Under the pieces are notes generated by a model. It saw only the letters and a list, made by a program, of their open reading frames with translations, did not search any database and was not told the DNA's origin. A stretch of 64,000 nucleotides of DNA from Phoronis australis (lineage: Eukaryota > Animalia > Phoronida): assembly GCA_002633005.1 (NCBI GenBank), contig NMRA01000030.1:962576-1026575 (forward strand), given 5' to 3'. A program made the translations under genes and the position numbers. Shown here one piece after another: positions 19,694-34,000 of this stretch. Every line of letters begins with the position of its first letter. Positions within the stretch are counted from its first letter, which is position 1.

Positions 19694-22240
19694 CTCTATA
19701 GTTCATACAATATACTTGGCTTACCAGATCAGACACAATGCGTTAGTTGAGGAGCAATCATGAACGTCGACGAGCGCATCAAACTACAGCGCCATCTATT
19801 GCCTAATTCACTGTTCTTTTTCACAAGTTTGCGCACGCACAGTTTACCACATGAAATTACTTCAAGTCATTGCAAGTAGCATAGCTGCTTGTGATTCAAT
19901 ACGTCTACAACAAAATTTCCCTGATTGCTGCACTGCTCACATACTTTGTATGCACGTTCAATCACTATGTGGCTGCGAAGGAGACCTGGTCAGTTGGCAC
20001 ACGGTATGCATGAGTCGACTCCCCAAGAACTGGCAACATGTTGTGAATGTCAAAGACATTTCGTAAATCTGCCCTGAAATAGGGTCAGCCAATAACGGGT
20101 TTGAATTGTGAAAGAATAATTTCTAAGATGAGGGAAACACCTTGTGAAACCAAGGAATAGTCGATGGACATTGCTTTTTGACGCCCGTTAATGCAAGATA
20201 ATGCTATGTTTTTTAGTTTCAATACCGCATGTCGTTACAAGTGGAGATAACTCTGACTGGATATGTGTAAGATATTTCACGCTAGCGTTGCCTCATACCC
20301 AGCCTCCGTTAGCAATATTTCTTATGGTGGATGCGAGACACTGCAGCTGATAATGTTGGCATACGGAGTAAGTGAGGACATGTTGTTTTGCACGACTCAT
20401 AGTTTCCCACGTCACGGTTGGATTTGTCCAAATTTTATTATGAAAAATTGGCGCCTAGTGTGTTGGCAGGGCATTTTCAGTTTGTTACTGCTTATGAAGG
20501 CAATTGACGTCATAGAAAGGCCGGGCAAAACAGTTATACCAACCGAATGTTTATAGCAATAAAAAAGTAAATTGTGTACAATTCCAAGTACATGTATTTA
20601 TCGATAGGTCTAGCATTACGCTAACAGCAGTGCGCATCAATAGTCGACGAACATGGTTAAAAGTTTGTACAGTATTGGCTACAAAAACGCCAGCACTTAA
20701 TATTGCGGTAACTCAAACCTCCAAAAAAGCGCCAACAAAAGTGACTCTTGCGACCGTTTTGCAGCTATATTAACATGCGCTTCGGCTTGACAACTGTAGG
20801 TGCACTTTTAGATTGTTTGTATGGTAACATAACTTACGCGTGTCACATGTAGCGGATGTTGTGAACATATTGCAAAAATGATCTTCTAATAGTCGGCATT
20901 TGGAAACTTTAAGTGCAGCGAATGTGCAATTAAGTTATTTCTTGGCCATTTTCGGCCTCAAATCGCATTTGTTATTTGAATTTTAAAAACATCTGACTCA
21001 AAAACAGTTCTAACAAAAAACCTTGTGTTTGGAACTTTGGAATGTCCACTTCTTCCAGTTTAATGACCGAAAGCGTTCCATGTCAAAAAAGTTATCAACT
21101 TCAACTGGGTTTTTATTCAATGTTTTAATTTTCCACGAAACTGAAGTTTTAAACATTCAAACCAACCTTAATCAAAATTTTGGAAGCGTCATTGTAAAAC
21201 GTTTAGTCAGGAGCGTCGCACACAGGGACAAGCAGGGGCGGTGTGGTACACATTAACTAGGGTGCCAAGTGGGAAAAATGTGCTTCTCGGCCCCCTCAAG
21301 AAAAAGCTGTACTGTATGACATTGTTTCTTATTTTTTTGAACGAACGGATTTTTAGTGCACCCTAAAAGCGCTACATGGGGCCCAACCTGTGTTTTGGCG
21401 CTTCCAAAAAGCACCTATGCATAACCTCCCCCTAAGCAGCCTTACTAGCCGAGAGGGTCTGGGCTCCCTCGCTCTCCCTTCCACACAGCCACTGCAAACA
21501 AATCTATTCCGGGAAAAGCATTTGCTTGAAAAGGATGTCAGGTTCACATTAAGCATTACAAAGTTGCCACCGTTTCAGAGAGCTCAGTTCTTCTTATGAT
21601 ATGAGCCTCTGAAGCCATTTTGATCCACTGAACAAGGACAAATAACGCCATGCATTTTTAAACATAGCTACAATGTTGTAAGTGCCGTGGGCCCTCGTTA
21701 TATGCGAGCACACCTATTGTTTTAGGTTACTTGTTGCCCATAATAAATCTATTGTGGTAGTTCAGCATGTCCCTCTATACCACATGTCATTCCTACATGT
21801 ATTTGAATGCTAAAGTAGCAATAGTGTATCATTGTTTATTAAAGGGATATGTGGTATGAATTTAAACAATCATTGCTGCATTGGAAAAATACACTCAGCC
21901 CTTTGGCAAATAAGTCATCATAGACTATGATCTATGAAGTTACTGATTACGTGAGAGTATATAAACACCTCTTGCGTTTGAAAAATTCTTCATGAACAGA
22001 AACAGAAAGCTCCCTGAACAAATTAATCATTAAAAATTAAGCTTATCTACATTAGACCACGGGACCGTTATCCTGATGGCACTGGGCCGGAATGGCATTT
22101 GTTTGATTTGTAGTTAGTTTTTGCTAATGTGAGACACTATTCCACAGCTGTTGTGCAACTCACGTAAAGCGTACAGGTCACGCTTTCAAAAATTTACTTT
22201 TGAAGGTTGACGAGGGTTACACTGCATAGTTTTGTTTTAG

Positions 22241-22416
22241 AAGACTGGACAGCAAAGTGGCTGTTAATATCTCTAAGACTGGACAGCAAAGTGGCTGTTA
22301 ATATCTCTAAGACTGGACAGCAAAGTGGCTGTTAATATCTCTAAGACTGGACAGCAAAGCGGCTGTTAATATTTCTAAGACTGGACAGCAAAGTGGCTGT
22401 TAATATCTCTAAGACT
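22241..22416. repeat. 34-bp minisatellite, 5 copies
   Basis: Unit AAGACTGGACAGCAAAGTGGCTGTTAATATCTCT, near-perfect. Confidence 0.95.
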
Positions 22417-23072
22417 CCAAAACCACTTTCTACTGTTTCACAAGCGTATATGATGGATGCCATTAACGGTTTCCTTCGAAAGTACGATTTATATCAAATG
22501 AAAAACAATTATTTAAAAAGGCATTTGTCCAGACTTCAGGAGTGATATAATTTGACTTCCCAGAGCACCCTTTCTCTAATCAAATCGCCCTGTCTCCTCA
22601 GTGTATGGTTTATGACCACCCAGAACTACACATTGTCCAAGTGTGGTGCTGGACATATGGGGGGGGGGCATTGGTAGTGAGGCAGTAGCCTAACGCATGA
22701 TGTAGGCGACATTTGGATGTCAGAGCTGCAAAAGTTACGTAATGTTGGGCGTAAAATGAGTTTGACTGGGAGAGCTCTCGCTCACCTGAGCTACCTGTAC
22801 CTTCTGAGAGGGACATTTTTTCTGGTGAGGGGAAAATACTTCTCGTGTCCACCACTGATCCCCCGTCCCGTCGCCACCCTCATCGGCTCTGACTCAAGTA
22901 ATAGAACACAAACTGAAATTTTATATATTTCAAATCTTGACCCTGTTATGACGTGTTCAGCTCTACAGATGCCGGTCTGAAAACACTTCGTATAACAGAT
23001 ACTGCTTAAACCATTTTGACATTCTAAGGCAGTCTTGTTCAATATCGTTCTGACGTTGTACAATGCCCGCAG

Positions 23073-23237
23073 CTCAACATTTTGATGGAATCCATGGCTC
23101 TTCTGCAGCAAGCACTACGGTCTCCAGTCATAATGGCACTCGTCATGAAACTTATAACCACATAATCAATGTGTTAGCGGCACTTCACAACAGCAGTGGC
23201 TCCACCACCATACCCCAGAACAAGTCAAGCTCTATCG
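23073..23237 (+). CDS. Sequon-rich spacer exon A1 (165 nt)
   Basis: cgcag|CTCAACAT...TCTATCG|gtaag; open frame; NGT, NSS, NKS sequons. Confidence 0.75.
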
Positions 23238-26200
23238 GTAAGTACAATATTTTTGTATCAGTTGTGTCGCTCTTACCTGTTGGTACTTCAAATCGAAATC
23301 TAAATTATTTTAGACATTTTTACGCATGAAGCCACGATAATTGTCTATTGTTCTATTCTCGAGAATTTTTAAAATGGTTTATCTGATGAGTCTGGTGTGA
23401 AAGTCCCTGTAGATTCCAACAGTCCTGCATAGATAACGGTGAACCTCTTCGTTTAAAAGAGCCTGCTTAGGTTTCACGAAATTTTAAGTCTTGATCAATA
23501 TTACCCATTGTATTGTTTCAGCAGCTCAACATTTTGAAAAGCTATTTGGCTCTTCTACTGCAAGCACTACGGACTCCAATCCTAGTGTGCCAGCGACAGC
23601 TCACAACAACAATGGTTCCTTGGCATCTACCACTACAAACCACAACAGGTCAAGTTTTAACGGTATGTAAAGTAGTTTGATGCTAGTAGTGTCGCAGCAC
23701 CGACCGTTTACTTTTTAGGAAACAACTTGCTAATGACGTGAAAATGTACAACTGCGTTATGTAACACAAGAAAGTCGAAGAACCTGGAATTTTTTTGTAA
23801 ATGTTCTCAAGAAGGCTTGGAATTTCACATGAAGTAATTTTTGGATAACATTTTACGAATCTTATTCCCTTAATCACCTTGAGAAGTTTGTTTGTGGTGC
23901 ACATAAAATCTTGTAAATTGACTACTTTTTATATTAATTCCAAATTTCAAATATGAAAAAGGTCTTGGAAGAAAGAATCAATTATGTTTTAGTGATCTTG
24001 GTATTTCATCTGCTAGAGAAGGTTAACTGAAAATAAGGAAAAGCAATCTTGCCTCCTCACCCAACTTCTCTTGAATTAGAGTGGTCCAGGTTTTCAAAAC
24101 TGGATTTTTCAACGGAAACTATTATATTTGTTCATCAGTGTATCCAAACATACAAATTACCTACATGTCCAAAAATGTAATTTGACATTTCAACCTTTAC
24201 CTCATATTCTCATGCAGTGACTATTACAACTGTTGGAAGTGTTACAGTGTAAACGTTGCAACGCTGGTTAGCAGGCGCTTTGCTAAAAAGGAAATACACC
24301 GCGAAGAGAATGAGCATACGTGAGGTTTCAAGTCAGACCAAACCTAGAATAAATATAAATAGGCCTTGTTCTTGTGCTGTTTAACTCGTTGAACATTGCG
24401 AAAGTATGGCGGTGACTCCGATCAACGCTAATTGTCAGCTGAAGCTTTCTCTTGGGAAAACTGTTAGGTTATTGATGTGGTCATTCTCGTTTTAAAGGTG
24501 AACGTCAATAAACGAAAGAAAAAAAATCCTGTCAGTAGCAAAGAAATTAAAGCAAACAATTAAACAGTGGTGTGGCTTAGAACCTTACGCACTCTGACAC
24601 AGGAAAATATTCCATGTGCAATGTATTGTGTCAAAACGTTAGGTATAAGAACTCCGTGGACGTAAGGTGTGGTGAAACAAGAATATCTATATTTCTGCCT
24701 TCATGGTAAGGCACTTTAAGTTATAAAGTAGATTTTATTTCAAAATTGTGGTATTGGACTGTTCCTGCAGCGCAACATTTTAGTGGGCACAATGGCCCTT
24801 CTGTAGCAAATCGCACGGACTCCATTCACAATGGAACTCGTCGTGAAACTTACAACCACACAAGCAATGTGTTAACGGCAGTTCACAACAATAGCGGCTC
24901 CACCACCATACATCAGAACAAGTCAAGCTCTATTGGTGAGTGCAGTATCTCTGTGCCACATTTTCTGCAAGACATCGGGCCTATCCATTTACGTTTAAAT
25001 GTTTTGAGCGTCAGCAAATTTGATCATCGAGACCCAGGAATTTACTGTTAGAGGGCCATGGGTTGTCGCTGCACTCCTGTCATTGTGTGTCCATGTCACG
25101 GTCAAGGGGTAACTTTAGATTTCCTGTGTGGATATTCGAAAAGTCCTCGCATTTCAACTGTTACATTTGACGTCAGCTGATGAAGTATGTTACATTTCAA
25201 GTTTTTGTCGTACCAGGCAGTCAAATCTCAAAAGTTATGTGGTAGTCGTACATTAAGTCCCGTAGCAAAACTTTTACGTTCGCCAATAAACATGTATATT
25301 GACCATGTTTTGCGTTTGTCAAACAAAAGCTTCTAACCTCGAGAAGCAGTTAATGTGAAGTTATGAATACATTGCCTTATCTGAAATCCGAACTGTGTCG
25401 AAAGCAAAAGGAAACAAAATGGAATAGTTTTCCATCTGCAATTAATAAAATTAGCCCCCTGTTCTTTGCTAAAAGTCGCTCCCCAATCAAGGTTTCTATA
25501 TATATATAGAATATATCTATATCTATATCTATATCTATATCTATATCTGTATCTGTACATGTATTTGTATTTATATATGGACACGAGGAATTCACGCAAG
25601 AATTAAATTAACATACATCAGTTTAGGGAGTACACCGAACTGAGGGGACATGGCAGTAGAAGAATATCAATACACGTGGGAGCATCGTCTGAGAACAAGT
25701 TAGATGACAGAATAAAGATGCTGGGAGTTTAAGGACGGACGTTTTTCCGATACAGATATTCTAAAATTTGAGGATGTTCTTTTAGGATAGTCAAACCATT
25801 GACAACTATCATTTCCTGTCTAATTTAAAGCTCAGACTGAATATATCTTGGATTTTTTGGGTTTACTTTAACTGTGTTCGCCAAGTGATCAATTTACAAT
25901 TCAACCACAGATAAAGGTGCATAACCTCCTTTCGATATGGAGTAGCTTCAATAAATATGGTGTCATGCATTATATATCGTAAAGGCGTCGCTTCTGGATC
26001 GAGCACTTTAGCTGTCGTGTCAGTCTCTACAGTATTTCAACTGTTTACGAACATAACAGAAGTGGAAGAGAGCTGGCCTTTCGAAGGTTTTGATTTGTCT
26101 CTGTTTTAGAAAAAGACTCATTGGGTGACAAACGTCAATTGGGTACCTGGACAAAGTGGTCTGATTGGTCAAAATGTGAGAAAGACGACCTCTATCGAAT

Positions 26201-28016
26201 TAAGAAGAGAGACTGCAGAGACTTGAGAACCGGAAAGCTGGCAGATGACTGCATAGGAAACAATATGACAATTCAACTCTGCAACTCAACCAAAAACAAA
26301 AGTGAGCAGAATCTTCTCAATTTGGAAAAGCTTCACGAAAACATTGTCTAATTCATTTTTCTTTCCTAGGCGTCATATCAGGGCCAATGAGATGCTTTAC
26401 CCAATTTGAGAGCGACTGTTTCTTCACTCATTCAGCTTTAGATAAAAACAAGAGTTGTGAGAATCGAGAGCCGGATTCATAGGGTTTGCGTTGTCATTGA
26501 AGTGGACTTGTTATTTTAGAATTAATGAATCAAGCACCATTTTTGTCCAGTTTTGGGTAGTTGGACACAGTGGTCTCCGTGGTCAAAATGTGGGAGTTAC
26601 GACCTCTATCGGATGAAGAAGAGATACTGCAGAGACCTGAGAACCGGGAACCTGACAAATTTCTGCAATACCGGAAGCAATCTTGCATTTCAGCCTTGCA
26701 CCTCAACCACCAATGATGGTAATTAATATCGTCTCAGCATGCCGTAGATTCACGAAAACATAACCCTCTCTATTTCTTTTCCTTATTATGGCCGCTTTAT
26801 TATTCTTGTGCTCTTTAAATCGTTGATTGCTGCGAAAGTATAGCATTCACTCCGATCAGCGCCATTTTTCAGCTGAAGCATTCTCTTGGAAACACTCTGA
26901 TATTATTCAAGAGGTCATCCTCCCTTTAAGTGTGACAATTATCAAATAAATAACAGTTTGTGTCAGTAAGATAGGGACAGTAATTAAACAGTTGTAAAGG
27001 CTCGATAAACGTCCACCTCTTGCATGAATGGCTTAGAACATGCAGTGATGCAAATGGAAATTATGCCATGCGCAATGCAATGTGCCATACCATCATGATC
27101 TATACCAACACCGTGTGACGTCAGCTGTGCTTAAAGAAGGACATCTACATTTTTGCCCTCTTGTCCAGCCACTTGAAGTTCTAAGGCAGTTTTTATTTCA
27201 ACGTTTTCCTACTTTGCTATTCATGCAGCTCAACATTTTGATGGGGGCCACGGCTCTTCTGCAGAGAACACTACAGACTCCAGTCATAATGACACTATTC
27301 GTGAAACTTATAACCATACAAGCAATGTGTTAACAGCACTTCACAACAGCAGAGGCTTCACCACCATATACCAGAACAAGTCAAACCCTATTGGTAGGTA
27401 AAGTATTTTTGCGCCCTTTATGCTGGAAGACATCGGGTTTGTCCGTTGATTTTTAAATTAATGTGAGCCTAGACAGACAGGTGAATCAGCAAGATTACTT
27501 TTCGAGAAACGGGGTTTTGCGATAAAGCTAGGGTTGTAGCTCCTTACCTATCGGTATTTCCCTATGTCAGGGGGAACTCTATTGCTTGAATCGGTAGATT
27601 TTTAAGCGTGCATTGATATTCTAAAATTCCCTGCATATCAACATGTGAATTTATTTTGGAAAAAACTAGCGTTTTGTTTTCCTAATAAGACTTTCTTTAC
27701 TGAGATGTGACGTTGTATGCTGGCTACATAAACAATCGCAATCTCAGAAAATGAAGATTCACAAAGTCATATTCATTAACAGACTGAACGATGAATACTG
27801 AAAAATATATTGCGGATGTCTTCAGCGTTCCAGGCATCTTGATATCTGTTAGAAACAATACAAATATCAGCGAATATTTTTAAAATTTAAACTTAAGTAT
27901 GCTACTCCTTGTAGTTGATTTCACAACATTTAAATTTTGAAACTTAGTTTTTGTCAAACTTTGTGCTGTTCAAGCAATAGTTGTTACCAATTTGAATGAA
28001 AATTTATGGCATATAT

Positions 28017-28048
<32 letters not shown>

Positions 28049-31000
28049 GTGCGTGTGTGCGTGTGCGTGTGTGCGTGTGTGCGTGTGCGTGTGTGCGTGT
28101 GGGTGTGTGCGCGCGCACGTGTGTGTTTGTGTATCTCCATTTTTTAATTTCTGCACGCATTTGTTTGTTTGCCGTTGAAAACAAATGCCACACGATGTTA
28201 TCAATCATTCCGAAAGCTGTTACATTTGACGTCAACTGATGAAGTGTGTTCCATTTAGGAACATCCATGTTGCCTTTTCAGTATTCTGAATTTTGCGTGG
28301 ATTTGCATGAAATTTTATTACCACAACCAGTCAATAAATTCTGGAAATACATTTAAATTGACATAGCAAGAACCATTTAACTTCAATTTTAGACCTATAC
28401 AAAGGTTTCATTCAGAAATGTTTTGGTTACTTTTTGAAGTCCATATCTATGAGTATATTCTCATCATTCACAGTTCAATAACTGATGCTCCCTTGTACCA
28501 ATGTTCTCAGGATGGTTACCGTTATTTTCCAATCCCTATGCTCCTATATGTTTATGTTTCCCAGTCTCGATATTCCCCCGGTTCAAAAAGCCTGAACCTG
28601 ATATTGCATCTTTCCGATGCCTGCCCGGCCCGGTGATTACTGCCTCTATTGTAATTTGTGTGCAATTCAAATTTTCTTTGTGCCAGATAATCAGACTTCA
28701 TAAATTATTCGTTAGTCGTATGTTAAATACCGTAGCATAACTTTTACATTCGACGATGAAGATGTATTCTGTTCATATTTTGCTTAAGTTTTATTAAATA
28801 AAGCATGTAACCAAAAGAAGCAATTGATGTATCTCGAATAACCAAGAATGACCCTTATTCCAGATTTGAAAACCAACTTCAATGATTGTGGCTGCCTTCT
28901 CAATCACATGTAAACTAGTTATGATCCCTTTGCCTTATCTAAAATCCGAACGGTTTCAAAGCCAATACAAGATGGAATTGCCTCCCACCTGCGATTAGTA
29001 ATAGTAGCACAGGTACTGCGGCCATTAAGGGGCCACGACCCCTGTTTTTTGCCGAAAAGAGGCCCCTCCGATCAAAACACATTTCAAGTTGGCGTTCTCC
29101 CTGTTCAATAGAAATTACCATTCTTTTCACTTTACCTTCTGGAAGTTGTTGCCTTAGTATCCGTATATGTGGACACCAAGAATTCACACAAAAATTGGAT
29201 TCGCACAAAAAGGATTGCCAAGTATTGGAAACATCAAATATCAGTTTTGGAGTACACTGAACCGAGATGACATGGCCTTAGAAGAATATCAAGACGGGTG
29301 TCATCAGGGTTGGGCACATCGTCTAAGAAGAAGTTGGATGGGGGATAAAGACTAGGCTGGGGGTTCAAGGACGGACACATTTCCATAGATTGTTGAAAAT
29401 ACAATTAATTTGTAGACTCTACATTTCCAGCAAAACAAAGCCAAACCAAATTTGTAATGAAATAAAGAAGTCAAACATCCCAAATTTGAGCATGTTCTTT
29501 TTGGATGATCTAACCCTTAAAAATTCACTTTTCTGTGTAATTTAAAAACACCGATTGATTTCTCTTGAAATTTTTGGGTTTACTTAAACTGCGTTAAATT
29601 AAGGATGCTTACAAGTTACCAAATGACATCAATTTGCAATTCAACTACATATGACAGTGCAAAATCTCCTTTCGATATGGCGTAGATCCACCAAATATGG
29701 CCTCATGCATTTATGTATCTTAAAGGCGTCACTTCTGGATTTAGCACTGTAGTTCTCATGCAAGACTCTCCGGTATGTGAATTGTTCACGAACGTTAAAG
29801 ATGTGGAAGAAAGCTGGGCTTTCGGAGGTTTTGATTTGTCTCTGTTTTAGAAAAAGAGTCGTTTGGTGACGAACATCAATTGGGTACCTGGACAAAGTGG
29901 TCTGGTTGGTCAAAATGTGAGAAAGGCGACCTCTATCGAATTAAGAAGAGAGACTGCAGAGACTTGAGAACCGGAAAGCTGGCAGATGACTGCATAGGAA
30001 ACAATATGACAATTCAACTCTGCAACTCAACCAAAAACAAAAGTGAGCAGAATCTTCTCAATTTCCAAAAGCTTCATGTCAGGCTAATGAGATGCAATTC
30101 CCAAATTTAAGCGACTGCTACTTCAAGATCAATCGGCCAGGTTTAGATTAAGAACGAGATTTACGAGAATAGAGAGCCGGATAACCATACGGTTTGCCTT
30201 GTCATTTAAGTGGAATTGCTATTTTAGAATTAATGAATGAAGCACCATTTATGTCCACTTTTGAATAGCTGGACACAGTAGTCTTCGTGGTCAAAATATT
30301 TGAGGGACGACCTCTGTCGGATGAAGGAGAGATACTGCAGAGACATGAAAACCGGGAACCTCAGAAATTTTTACATTGCCGGAAGAAATCTTTTGTTTTA
30401 GCCTTCCACCTCAACCACCATTGAGGGTAATTAACGTCGTGTCAGCATGCCGTAGAATCCCGATGACATGATCCTCTGTATTTCACTTTCATAAAAAGAT
30501 CGCTTAATTTTTCGTCTGATGTTTAATTTGTTGGACCGTGCGAATGTATAGCGTTGATTCCCATCAGGGTTATTTTTGAGCTGAAGTTTACTCTTGGAAA
30601 GACTGTGATGTTGTTTATGAGGTCGTCCTCGCTTTAAATGTCACAATTATTAAATAAATAATATTTTATTTCAATAACAAATTGACAGCAATTAAACATT
30701 TGCAAAGGTTCGATAAACATCCGCTTCTTGCATGTATGGCTTAAAACATGACGTGGCCTGCTAAAGGAAGCTATTTCATGTGCAATGACCGTGCCATACC
30801 ATTATGAGGTATACCAGCATCGTGGTACATCAGCTCTGGTTAGATATGATCAACATTTTTGCCCTCTTGTCCAACCACTTGAAGTTCTAAGGCAGTTTTT
30901 ATTTCAGTGTTGTCCTATTTCACTATGATTACAGCTGAAAATTTTGAAGGGGCCCATGGCTCTTCTACAGAGAACACTACTGACTCCAGTCATAATGACA

Positions 31001-34000
31001 CTATTCGTGAAACTTATAACCATACAACCAATGTGTTGACGTCTCTTCACAACAACAGTGGCTTCACCACCATACAGCAGAACAAGTCAAGTTCTATCGG
31101 TGGGTAAAGCATTTTTGTGTCCTTTATACTGGAAGACAACGGGTCTGTTCTTTTTTATATTGATAAGAGCATCCACTGACAGGTCTATCAGCAAGATTGC
31201 TCTTCCAGAACTGAGATGTTGCTATAATAAGGTCGGGATGGTTGCTCCAATCCTATTAGCATGTCACCATGTCAGGGGAAATATAATTTCCCCTGTCCGT
31301 AGATTTTTAAACGTTTATTGATATTCTGATATTTCCTGCATATTAAATTGTGTTTTCATTTTCTTTTCCTAATAAGATTCTTTACAGAGAGGTGACGCTG
31401 TATGCTGCGGCTAATTAAACAATCACAATCTAAAAACATTGAGAAGATTCACGTCATTTTCATTAACATGCGGAACGATGAACAAATAAGATTATGCTGG
31501 AGACGTCTTCTGCTTTCCAGGACTCTTGATATCTATTACAAACATTGCAAGCATTAGCGAATAGTTTTAACACTTAAATCTGAATATGCTACTGCTTGGA
31601 GTTGAACTCACAAAAGTGAATTAGTGTTACTTCGTTTGAGTCAAACTTTGTGCTGTTCTAGCAACAGCCACAATCATATGTTAATCCAGTACGCCAGCTG
31701 GTATATTTGACGTCAACTGATGAAGTTTCTTCCATTCTGGAACATCCAGATTGACTTTTTTAGTATTCCTAAGTTTGCGTGGATTTGATCAAATGTTATT
31801 ACCACAACAAGGCAATAACTTCTGAAAACACATTTAAATTGAAATAACAAGTATCATTTAACTTCACTTTTAGAAGGAATGAAAGGTTTCATTCACGAAG
31901 GTTTTTTGCTCTTTGAAGTCCATATCTAGAAATGTATTCTCATCATTCATAGTTCGACAACTTATGCTCCCATGTACCAATGTTCTCAGGACGGCTACCG
32001 TTATTTTACAATCCCTATGCTCCTCTATGTTTATGTTTATGTTCTCCCGTCTCGATAATCCCCCCTTTCAAAAAGCCTGAACCTGATATTGAAACTTTCG
32101 GATGCCTCCCCGGCCCGGAGCTTACTGCTTCTTTTGTAATTTGCAGGCCATTCCAAATTTTCTTTGTGCCAGATTATAAGACTTCATAAGTTATTCGTTA
32201 GTTGTGCGTTAAATACCGAAGCGTAACTTTTACATTCATCGTTTAAGATGTATTCTGGTCATTTTTTTGCTTGGGTTTTATTAAATAAAACATATAACCA
32301 AAAAGCAATTGGTGTACCTCGAATAATCAAGAATGACTCTTATTCGAAATTTAGAAACAACCTTCTGTGTAGCTGCCGTCTCAATCACATGTAAACTAGC
32401 TGTGAACCCTTTGCCTTATCTAAAATCCGAATTGTTTCAAAGCCAAAACGAGATGGAATTGACTTCCACCTGCGATTAACAGTAGTAGCTCATCTACTGC
32501 GGTTATTAAGGGGCCACTACCCCTGTTCTTTGCTGAAAAGAGGCCCCTCCGATCAAAACACATTTCAAGTTGGTGTTCTCCCTGTTCATGAAAAAGTTGG
32601 CATTCTTTTCACTTCACCTCCTGGAAATTATCGTCGTTATGCCTTTATGTGGACACCAAGAACTCCCACAAGAATTGGATTCGAACAAAAAAGGATTGCC
32701 ACGCTGTTGGAAACATCAAACATCAGTTTTGGGGTACCCTGAAACGAGGTGACATGGCAATAGAAGAATATCTAGACGGGTGTCGTCAGGAATGAGAACA
32801 TCGTCTGAGAAGAAGTTGGAGGGGAGGATAAAGAGGCTGGGGGTTTAAGGACTGACACTTTTCCAGTGATTGTTGAAAATACAATTAATTTGGAAAAGAT
32901 GCATGTTCTAATAAAACAAAGCCAAATCAAAATTGTAATGAAATAATGAAGTCAATCCTTTTAACTTTTAGGATGTTTTCTTTGGATGATCTAAGCCTTG
33001 AAAATCCCTTTTTTTGTCTAAATTTAAAACACCGATTGACTTTTTTTGAAATTTTTGATTTTACTTTAACTGGGTTGAGTTAAAGATGCCCAAAGTGACC
33101 AGGTGACATCAATTTTGCAATTCAACCACAGATGACGGTGCATAACCTCCTTTCGATTTGGCGCAGCTCCCCCAAACATAGTCTCGTGCATTTATGTATC
33201 TTAAAGGCGTCGGTTCTGGATTTAGCACTTTAGTTCTTGTGTCAGGCTCTCCAGTATGTCAACCGTTCACGAACGCAGAAGATGCGAAAAAGAGCGGGCC
33301 TTTCGAACGTTTTGATTTGTCTCTGTTTTAGAAAAAGAGTCGTTTGGTGACGAACATCAATTGGGTACCTGGACAAAGTGGTCTGGTTGGTCAAAATGTG
33401 AGAAAGACGACCTCTATCGAATTAAGAAGCGAGACTGCAGAGATTTGAGAACCGGAAAGCTGGCAGATGACTGCATAGGAAACAATATGACAATTCAACT
33501 CTGCAACTCAACCAAAAACAAAAGTGAGCAGAATCTTCTCAATTTGCAAAAGCTTCACGATAATATTGTCTATTGCTAGTTTCTTTCCTAGGCGTCATGT
33601 CATGCTAATGATATGCATTTCCTAAACTTAAGCAAACTGCTACTTCAAGATCAATCGGTCAGCTTTAGATAATAGCGAGAGTTAGGAGAATCGAGAGCCG
33701 GATTATCATACGGTTTGGCATTTAAGTGGAATTGCTATTTTAGAATTAATGAATGAAGCACCATTTATGTCCACTTTTGAGTAGCTGGACACAGTAGTGT
33801 TCATGGTCAAAATATCTGAGGGACGACCTCTGTCGGATGAAGAAGAGATACTGCAGAGACATGAGAACCGGGAACCTCAGAAATTTTTGCATTGCCGGAA
33901 GAAATCTTTCATTTTAGCCTTCCACGTCAACCACCATTGTGGGTAATTAACGTCGTGTCAGCATGCCGTAGATTCACGATAACATGATCCTCTGTATTTC

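Noticed and set aside
17000-22700. Candidate first or signal-peptide exon and TATA box (TATATAAA ~21958) for the TSP1 gene
   Set aside because: No ATG exon with a convincing signal peptide and phase-1 donor was found; a TATA-like hexamer alone is uninformative in AT-rich DNA
28230-28295. Possible C/D snoRNA or hammerhead ribozyme (CTGATGA...hairpin...CTGA) repeated in each cassette
   Set aside because: Only ~54 nt from C to D box, no convincing terminal stem or recognisable guide; no GAAA after the stem for a hammerhead; recurrence is explained by the duplication
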